From assembly GCA_965246755.1 (NCBI GenBank), contig OZ251979.1, positions 1,566,642-1,630,641 on the forward strand: a stretch of 64,000 nucleotides of DNA, read 5' to 3'. Under the pieces are notes generated by a model. The model was not told where the DNA came from. It saw nothing but the letters and a program-made list of their open reading frames with translations, and ran no database searches. Position numbers and translations under genes: made by a program. This document shows positions 57,620-64,000 of this stretch, in pieces (the stretch's first letter is position 1; each line of letters opens with the position of its first letter). Source of the stretch: Alphaproteobacteria bacterium. Lineage in GTDB: Bacteria; Pseudomonadota; Alphaproteobacteria; UBA11073.

Positions 57620-58270
57620 ATGCGCACACCTCGATTTATGCTGGCAGGTCTTGTTAGCGCCACACTAACTCTATGCTGCATCGTATCACCGACCCTGGCG
57701 CAAGATGATACTGCACCAGATGATGCGCCAGTTACCAACCTGTTACAGCAATTTCAAAAAGACAGCACCGCACCGGACGCTGGGCCAACAATTCCAGCCG
57801 GCCCACCCGCTGCGCCATTAGTGGGGAAAGATAATACGCCAGCTGACATCACAAATATTGTGCCCGCACCCATATCACCAGATACTGCGGCACCAGTGGG
57901 AATCGCACCAGTTTTGGGACCGGACGGTCTTCCTCTCATTACGCCGCAACCCGCAACCTATGAAGATCAGCCGACAGCGCGGCTGCGCGCGCTGGACAAG
58001 GTTACCGGCCGCACGTCAACCTTTAACATTCCGGTGGGCCAGGAATTTATATTTGGCAAACTGACCATTGCCGTCCGCACCTGCAAAAAACGTCCGCCGA
58101 TTGAACCGCCGGAGTCGGCGGTGTTTTTACAAATTGTCGAGAAACAACAGGCCAAGTCCAAAGACTTCACGCCTATTTTCAGCGGCTGGATGTTCGCGTC
58201 ATCGCCATCGCTGTCTGCGCTCGAACATCCGGTTTATGACGTGTGGCTGGTCGAGTGTGTGGGGAAATAA
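57620..58270 (+). CDS. DUF2155-like secreted protein
   Basis: Signal peptide; Pro-rich region; C-terminal RLRALDKVTGRTSTFNIPVGQEFIFGKLTIAVRTCKKRPP matches the DUF2155 core (from memory). Confidence 0.5.
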   Translation: MRTPRFMLAGLVSATLTLCCIVSPTLAQDDTAPDDAPVTNLLQQFQKDSTAPDAGPTIPAGPPAAPLVGKDNTPADITNIVPAPISPDTAAPVGIAPVLGPDGLPLITPQPATYEDQPTARLRALDKVTGRTSTFNIPVGQEFIFGKLTIAVRTCKKRPPIEPPESAVFLQIVEKQQAKSKDFTPIFSGWMFASSPSLSALEHPVYDVWLVECVGK

Positions 58271-58750
58271 TTAAGCAGCAAGGCTGAGAGTCAAATCAGC
58301 ATTACGTTTTTGATACCGTAGTCGCTGTAAAGTATTTTGACTTTTGCCAGCCACCCCAAATGCTTCTAAAAGCTGCAAACGTACAGCAGGCAAACCCGCG
58401 CTTTCACTAGCTTCAGAAATAACGCCAACAATTTCATCCTTAGACATATCTTGTTTTGCGAACACACTGGCAAACATATGTTTATCAAAATCATCACAAT
58501 CCTCATAATAATGTTTGCACAATTCACCAAAAAACAGGGTGAGCGCTTTCATATCATCCGTGCAAAAAGCAGGAGTGATTACCACACGCTGTAAACTTTG
58601 CAGATATATGGATCCGTCAATGTTAAGATCGCCTATTAATCTACGCGCGTGTTTAATATCGCGCTCTTCCAGATTCTGCAGCCATCGCTCGGCCAGCATA
58701 CTATTTAATTTATCAGATGGTACAAAATCCCTAATTTTACTGGTGGTCAC
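58271..58750 (-). CDS. Hypothetical protein (AT-rich)
   Basis: 159-aa ORF in a low-GC patch; no family recognised. Confidence 0.4.
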   Translation of the reverse strand: MTTSKIRDFVPSDKLNSMLAERWLQNLEERDIKHARRLIGDLNIDGSIYLQSLQRVVITPAFCTDDMKALTLFFGELCKHYYEDCDDFDKHMFASVFAKQDMSKDEIVGVISEASESAGLPAVRLQLLEAFGVAGKSQNTLQRLRYQKRNADLTLSLAA

Positions 58751-58812
58751 AATCTGTCCCCTTGTTGATATTTTGTTAAAGATAATTATTCTTTTTGAAA
58801 AAGTACAGAAAT

Positions 58813-59394
58813 TTATACAAAGCCAATTTTTTGCTGCAATGCAATATTTAACTTTTTTACGTAGTCTTTTCGCAACACTTCTATTACACCAAATGATCGC
58901 AGATGCTCAGTTTGAAATTGCACATCCAACAGCAAAAATCCTTGGCTTTTAAGCCTCTCGACTAGCGCCACCAGCGCGACTTTGGAGGCATCGGTCACCG
59001 TTGAGAACATGCTTTCGCCGAAAAAGGCGCCACCGAGGCTGACGCCATAGAGGCCACCAACTAGCTGTCCGTCCTGCCAGCTTTCCACGGAATGGGCATG
59101 GCCAAGTGCATGCAACTGATTGTAAACCGCGAAAATTTCAGCATTAATCCAACTGTCAGACCGCAGGTCGGCACAGGCGCGCATCACGTTCGCAAAGTTT
59201 TTATCTATATGTATATCAAACTTGCCGCTGCGATAGGTACGCAATAACCGTTTGGAAAAATGCACGGCATCCAGCGGCAAAATCGCGCGCGGGTCAGGTG
59301 AATACCAATCGAGCTCCGTTGCCGTCGTACTGTCTGCCATCGGGAAATAGCCATTGGCATAGGCGTTGAGAAGAATTTCCGGCGTTAGGTGCAC
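58813..59394 (-). CDS. aat: Leucyl/phenylalanyl-tRNA--protein transferase
   Basis: LLNAYANGYFPM...SWQDGQLVGGLYGVSLGGAFFGESMF. Confidence 0.85.
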   Translation of the reverse strand: MHLTPEILLNAYANGYFPMADSTTATELDWYSPDPRAILPLDAVHFSKRLLRTYRSGKFDIHIDKNFANVMRACADLRSDSWINAEIFAVYNQLHALGHAHSVESWQDGQLVGGLYGVSLGGAFFGESMFSTVTDASKVALVALVERLKSQGFLLLDVQFQTEHLRSFGVIEVLRKDYVKKLNIALQQKIGFV

Positions 59395-59438
59395 AAATTA
59401 TTATAGAAACAAACCCTTTATTTAGCTACCTTGATACC

Positions 59439-59816
59439 ATGCGCATGCTTGAAATCCATCTAGAAGTTGCCGATCCCGTGGCTTCGCTGGGTATCTATGC
59501 GCAATTGATACCTCACAGCAAAATCCGACGCTGGGATGATGATACGGCTATTGCCTTGGTCATGGAAGACGGCGCGGCATTTGGCTTATGGCAAACCGGC
59601 AAGCATGGTATCCACAATAGCCGCGGCGGCAAGCATGTACATTTTGCTTTCCAAATTAGATCTGACGAATATGAATTGTATAAAACCAAAATTATTCAGG
59701 TAGGCTTTGAACCGTTGGAGTATATCTGGCCCGATAATAGCAAAAGCATTTATTTTTTTGATATTGACGGGCATCAAGGCGAATTCATGACGGTCGATTG
59801 GCTAGGTCACTTTTAG
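59439..59816 (+). CDS. VOC-family (glyoxalase/bleomycin-resistance-like) protein
   Basis: 125 aa; beta-alpha-beta-beta-beta pattern with HVHFAFQI and YFFDIDGH. Confidence 0.55.
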   Translation: MRMLEIHLEVADPVASLGIYAQLIPHSKIRRWDDDTAIALVMEDGAAFGLWQTGKHGIHNSRGGKHVHFAFQIRSDEYELYKTKIIQVGFEPLEYIWPDNSKSIYFFDIDGHQGEFMTVDWLGHF

Positions 59817-60392
59817 ATGCAAAGCATAGTCACACTGACCAGCAGCATTACCATTAGTGCAATTCGTACCGATGACGAAATTGAAATGATGCGCGTCATC
59901 AACGCGGAAATTTGGCGCGGCTATTTTCCAACGATTTTGCCCGCCGAACAAACCGAATATATGCTCAAAAAATTTTACAGCGCCGCCACTATTCGTGCCA
60001 AAATCGACCAGGGCGAGCAGTGGTTCTTAATCAAAATTGGTGACGAACTGACCGGACATTTTTTATACAGCCTATATCCAGATGATAAAAGCGTAAAATA
60101 TGAAAAAGCATTTTTCAAAGCAGATTTTCGCGGCCGCGGTATTTTTCCGATCACGTTGAACTATGTTGAAGGATTGGCGCGCATGCAAGGCTTAGACAAA
60201 ATTACCATGTGCACGGATATTCACAATCAGCGCGTCATTGACGTGGCGCATAAGTTTGGCTTTAAAACTGTCGCGCAGCGCGATATCGACATTGGTGCCG
60301 GCTATCACATGCGGGACTATTTTTTTGAAAAAGAATTGACTGGACCCGAACCGGTTTCAGTGCTTGCCGTCAATCGTGATATTGCGCCCTAA
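59817..60392 (+). CDS. GNAT-family N-acetyltransferase
   Basis: ADFRGRGIFPITLNYVEGLARMQGLDKITMCT... acetyl-CoA-binding motif. Confidence 0.7.
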   Translation: MQSIVTLTSSITISAIRTDDEIEMMRVINAEIWRGYFPTILPAEQTEYMLKKFYSAATIRAKIDQGEQWFLIKIGDELTGHFLYSLYPDDKSVKYEKAFFKADFRGRGIFPITLNYVEGLARMQGLDKITMCTDIHNQRVIDVAHKFGFKTVAQRDIDIGAGYHMRDYFFEKELTGPEPVSVLAVNRDIAP

Positions 60393-61736
60393 TTATAACC
60401 CCTCGTCGATCTTTTTCTCCAGCCAGTGAATATTATATTCGCCGTTGATGAATTCGGCGTCACGGATGATGCGCAGATGCAGCGGCAGCGTCGTTTTAAT
60501 GCCGTCAATCACGCATTCTTCCAGTGCACGCTTCAAACGCAGTAAACAGTCATTGCGGTTCGCACCATGCACAATCAGTTTCGCCACCATGCTGTCGTAA
60601 TAGGGCGGCACGGAATAACCCGCATAAACCGCGCTGTCGAACCGCACGCCGAGGCCGCCCGGCGCATGAAAATCAGTGATTTTGCCGGGTGACGGCGCAA
60701 AGGTGTCGGGGTCTTCCGCGTTCAGGCGACATTCAATCGCATGGCCGCTAAACTTAATATCTTCCTGTTTAAATGGCAGCGGCGCGCCGGAGGCGACGCG
60801 GATCTGCTCGCGCACCAGATCGGTACCCGTGATCATCTCGGTCACCGGATGTTCCACCTGCAGCCGCGTGTTCATTTCCATGAAATAAAATTTGCCGTCC
60901 TGATACAAAAATTCGATGGTACCAAGGCCGCGATAACCCATCAGTTTCGCGGTGCGCGTTGCGACCTTGCCGATGTGTTCGCGTTCTTCGGCATTGAGCG
61001 CGGGGGACGGCCCCTCCTCCACTACCTTCTGGTGTTTGCGCTGCACCGAACAATCGCGCTCGCCGAAATGCACAACATTGCCATGCATATCGCCCAACAA
61101 TTGCATTTCAATATGCCGCGGATGTCCCAGGAACTGTTCCATATAGAGGCCGCCGTTGCCAAAGGCCGCAGTTGCCTCACCGCTGGCAAGATTAAAGGCT
61201 TCTTCCAACCCCGCGCGGTCGCGGGCGATCTTCATACCCTTGCCGCCGCCGCCGGCCACTGCCTTTAGCAATACGGGATAGCCAATCTGGTCCGCGATGC
61301 GATGCGCTTCGGCAACATCGGTTAAAACGCCTTCGGAACCGCGGATGACCGGCATGCCGAGGCCCGCCACGGTTTTCTTGGCGGTCGCTTTATCACCCAT
61401 GATGCGGATATGTTCGGGCGTGGGACCGATGAAGACAAACCCATGCTCCTCTACCATCTCGGCGAATTGCGCATTTTCGGACAGAAAGCCGATACCGGGA
61501 TGAATGGCATCCGCGCCGGTGATTTCCGCCGCAGAAATGATCGCCGCCATATTAAGGTAAGAGTCTTTAGATGGCGGCGGGCCGATGCACACGCTTTCAT
61601 CCGCCAGGCGCACATACATGGCATCAGAATCCGCTGTAGAATGTACCGCCACGGTTTTGATCCCCAATTCGCGGCAGGCGCGGTGGATGCGCAGCGCCGT
61701 CTCGCCGCGATTGGCAATGAGAACTTTTTCAAACAT
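60393..61736 (-). CDS. accC: Acetyl-CoA carboxylase biotin carboxylase subunit
   Basis: [17 protein letters not shown]..., ATP-grasp, 447 aa. Confidence 0.9.
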   Translation of the reverse strand: MFEKVLIANRGETALRIHRACRELGIKTVAVHSTADSDAMYVRLADESVCIGPPPSKDSYLNMAAIISAAEITGADAIHPGIGFLSENAQFAEMVEEHGFVFIGPTPEHIRIMGDKATAKKTVAGLGMPVIRGSEGVLTDVAEAHRIADQIGYPVLLKAVAGGGGKGMKIARDRAGLEEAFNLASGEATAAFGNGGLYMEQFLGHPRHIEMQLLGDMHGNVVHFGERDCSVQRKHQKVVEEGPSPALNAEEREHIGKVATRTAKLMGYRGLGTIEFLYQDGKFYFMEMNTRLQVEHPVTEMITGTDLVREQIRVASGAPLPFKQEDIKFSGHAIECRLNAEDPDTFAPSPGKITDFHAPGGLGVRFDSAVYAGYSVPPYYDSMVAKLIVHGANRNDCLLRLKRALEECVIDGIKTTLPLHLRIIRDAEFINGEYNIHWLEKKIDEGL

Positions 61737-62186
61737 TTATTCCAACACCAACAGCGCTTCGCCGAACTCGACCGGCTGGGCGTTATCAACAAAAATTTGT
61801 TTAACAGTGCCGGATTTGGCGGCCTTGATCGGATTCATAACTTTCATAGCTTCGATAATTAATAGTGTGTCGCCCTGCTTTACGGTGGCGCCAGGCGTGA
61901 TAAACGGCGGCGAGTCTGGCGACGCCTGCATATAAACCGTACCGACCATGGGGGATTTAAGAGTTCCTTCGGCTGCCGCGGCGGGCGCACTGCCACCGGC
62001 TGGCGCGGCCCCGGCCATCATTTGCGGTATGGCACCCATCAGCGGCGCGCCCATCACCACATTATTTTGTTTGGCAACGCGGATGTTTTTTTCGCCTTCG
62101 GAGACTTCAATTTCGGTGAGACCCGTTTCATCCATCAATTTCGCCAGCGCGCGGATGGCATCTTCATCAACAATTATTTGGCTCAT
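61737..62186 (-). CDS. accB: Biotin carboxyl carrier protein
   Basis: C-terminal biotinyl domain EAMKVMN... Confidence 0.9.
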   Translation of the reverse strand: MSQIIVDEDAIRALAKLMDETGLTEIEVSEGEKNIRVAKQNNVVMGAPLMGAIPQMMAGAAPAGGSAPAAAAEGTLKSPMVGTVYMQASPDSPPFITPGATVKQGDTLLIIEAMKVMNPIKAAKSGTVKQIFVDNAQPVEFGEALLVLE

Positions 62187-62223
62187 TTTTTTCTATTGTT
62201 ACCTGTTTTGAGATTCGAGAAGT

Positions 62224-62655
62224 TTAAACTAATTTCGCCAACGCTTCGAGCGCTAAGACATACCCTGGCGCGCCGAGACCCATGACACAGCCGGTCGCCG
62301 CGCGCGAGACAAAAGAATTATGCCGGAAATCGTCGCGTTTGGCGAGGTTGGATAAATGCACCTCGATGATCGGCATCGTGCAGGCCTGGAGCGCATCCAT
62401 AATCGCAATCGAGGTATGCGAATAGGCGCCGGGATTGATGATGATACCGGCGGCTTGGTCCCGCGCGGTTTGGATAAAATTGACCAGCTCGCCTTCAACG
62501 TTGCTTTGATAAAATTCAACCGCGAGATTTTTAACGGCGGCCACCGCGCGGCAATCGCGTTCAATATCCGCAAGCGTCGCCGTGCCATACAGCTCCGGCT
62601 CGCGCGTGCCGAGCAAATTCAAATTCGGGCCATTGATGATGGCAATGGTTTTCAT
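62224..62655 (-). CDS. aroQ: 3-dehydroquinate dehydratase, type II
   Basis: [18 protein letters not shown]. Confidence 0.9.
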   Translation of the reverse strand: MKTIAIINGPNLNLLGTREPELYGTATLADIERDCRAVAAVKNLAVEFYQSNVEGELVNFIQTARDQAAGIIINPGAYSHTSIAIMDALQACTMPIIEVHLSNLAKRDDFRHNSFVSRAATGCVMGLGAPGYVLALEALAKLV

Positions 62656-62727
62656 GGGCCGGAAACTAGCGAAATTTTATTAAGTTTCCAAGTTTATTAT
62701 GTAATCTTGATAGTAGAACCTAAAATA

Positions 62728-63525
62728 TTATGATTGGAAAAAATTAGGAAATCGTGTTTGAGCTATTTTCGCCGCCGCTTGAGGCGTCACAGCAATTTCG
62801 CAAGGCACAAGATGCGCAGCCACATTATCGAAAGTTGCAGTGCGTCTGTTTAGTTTAGCTGCAGCATATTGATCGCCATGGCTGAAATGCCAATATTCAT
62901 TATCCAAACCGACAATATCTTCCGCGGCAAAAGCGCGTTTCAAGACGCCGCGTAACTTTTGAATAGTTTCGTTTAATCCTTCAACGTCCATAGGTGCAAA
63001 GGCTCTATTACCGTCATAACAATGAGAAACATTTTCACGAACAAGTTCATCTTCAGCTTGCGTTAAATCTATTAAATATCGTTGTCCCATATAATTCAAT
63101 CGCAAACGAACATCAATGGCTCCGCCGCTTAAATGTGCGGGACGCTTTGCCTCACCAACCGGAGCGACATATTCGTCTACGATTTGCCTTAATTCTGTTT
63201 CAGACTTTTCCGGATAAGCCAACTGCGCTTCATTCATAAAATGTTTGTGATACGCTGCTTGCTGTACTGGCGACCTAAAGGCATCAAATATGTAAAGTTC
63301 TAAGTGCGACGAAAGATCACGCAGAGTCGGGATTTTGTCACATTCGGTATGAACATGAATAGAAACACGCTCCAACTTTTTAGCAAAGCTTTTGCGAACA
63401 TAAGGAATTAAATATTCATCATCAGCAAGCGCAACGTAGGGCGCAAACTCATGAATATGAACAAGCGGTTCATTATTTTCTTCAATTTCAATTTTTGCTG
63501 CATCAGCGTCTGTAATAAAAGCCAT
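62728..63525 (-). CDS. ddpX: D-Ala-D-Ala dipeptidase, VanX/DdpX family (peptidase M15D), low-GC gene
   Basis: LYIFDAFRSP, HLSGGAIDVRL, EYWHFSHGDQ motifs. Confidence 0.65.
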   Translation of the reverse strand: MAFITDADAAKIEIEENNEPLVHIHEFAPYVALADDEYLIPYVRKSFAKKLERVSIHVHTECDKIPTLRDLSSHLELYIFDAFRSPVQQAAYHKHFMNEAQLAYPEKSETELRQIVDEYVAPVGEAKRPAHLSGGAIDVRLRLNYMGQRYLIDLTQAEDELVRENVSHCYDGNRAFAPMDVEGLNETIQKLRGVLKRAFAAEDIVGLDNEYWHFSHGDQYAAAKLNRRTATFDNVAAHLVPCEIAVTPQAAAKIAQTRFPNFFQS

Positions 63526-63573
63526 AAATAAGCCCTAATTTATCATTAAATATAACAGTTTATTATGACAATT

Positions 63574-64000
63574 TTATTTCAGGTTAGAACGAACAGCAGT
63601 TTCGCCATCTGCAAAAGTTAGTTGCAAATTTTTGTATTGTTTGGCTTGGCTGGCAGATTTTATCAATTGGCCTGTTTCATCAGTCACCAATGCAAAACCG
63701 CGAGACAGGATTTTTTTGTGTGAATAGCTTTCCAGTAGGCTGTCGAGACGTGCGAGGTTTTGTTGCGTTTTATCACGGCGGCGGTCAAAGGCGGGCAGCA
63801 GACGATTATCGGCATGTTGCAAACGCAGGCGCGCGTTATTTAGCACAGTCTCCGACGGCGCAAGACGATTGGCAAGACCGCAGAACTTCTGGTTCAGTTC
63901 GGCCTGCCAGCGCACCGGCACCACGGTCAGGCGGGTGACCAGTTCGTCAAACCGTACACGCGTGAAATCCAGCCGTTGCACCGGCGGTTGCAGGCGCAGG
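63574..64000 (-). CDS. xseA: Exodeoxyribonuclease VII large subunit, C-terminal part (start beyond window end)
   Basis: C-terminal ...KKILSRGFALVTDETGQLIKSASQAKQYKNLQLTFADGETAV typical XseA end. Confidence 0.65.
   Translation of the reverse strand, partial: LRLQPPVQRLDFTRVRFDELVTRLTVVPVRWQAELNQKFCGLANRLAPSETVLNNARLRLQHADNRLLPAFDRRRDKTQQNLARLDSLLESYSHKKILSRGFALVTDETGQLIKSASQAKQYKNLQLTFADGETAVRSNLK

Overview
This 64 kb window looks like alphaproteobacterial core chromosome: about 50-57% GC, broken up by AT-rich single-gene insertions and a family of palindromic intergenic repeats. All calls below come from reading the six-frame translations and the raw sequence; no searches were run, so every family assignment is from memory and needs HMM or BLAST confirmation.

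In coordinate order the window contains:
- A flagellar hook/basal-body cluster on the minus strand: the fliG start, fliF, a divergent FlaG-like gene, an unusual 700-aa protein with two DUF1217 domains flanking a FlgE-like core, then flaF, flgE, flgD and fliK.
- A CarD/CdnL transcription factor carrying a long N-terminal histone-H1-like lysine/alanine-rich domain.
- A BrnT/BrnA toxin-antitoxin cassette inserted into the 3' end of lpdA and bracketed by an 84-bp direct duplication of the last 28 codons of lpdA.
- The pdhA-pdhB-[AT-rich polytopic membrane ORF]-pdhC-orf-lpdA operon.
- A hybrid sensor kinase, an endonuclease-III-like gene, a SPOR-domain gene, argS, dgt, erpA and xthA.
- A triplicated YbjQ/UPF0145 protein flanked on both sides by compound-palindrome MITE-like repeats.
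- plsY, dprA and topA (with a KKTA-repeat tail), a ParE-type toxin-antitoxin pair wedged between topA and rnr, then an OmpA-like lipoprotein, apaG and cysQ.
- prfB with its programmed +1 frameshift site (CTT TGA C) readable directly in the sequence.
- Three orphan sensor kinases in total, an orphan NodT-family outer-membrane factor, and an M48 peptidase split by a single-base indel in a T4 run.
- A standalone histone-H1-like basic protein, creA, tRNA-Phe, maf, infA, a UPF0262 gene, murA, dcd and tRNA-Thr.
- recX, then argD and argF interrupted by a tRNA-binding (CsaA-like) gene plus a DUF1543-GNAT fusion.
- An XRE regulator with an upstream operator-like palindrome, mlaD, a DUF2155 gene, aat, a VOC/GNAT pair, accC-accB-aroQ, a low-GC D-Ala-D-Ala dipeptidase and the 3' part of xseA.

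The four copies of the MITE-like palindromic element (roughly 137-170 bp each) are all intergenic. No CRISPR array, rRNA, integrase or transposase was seen.
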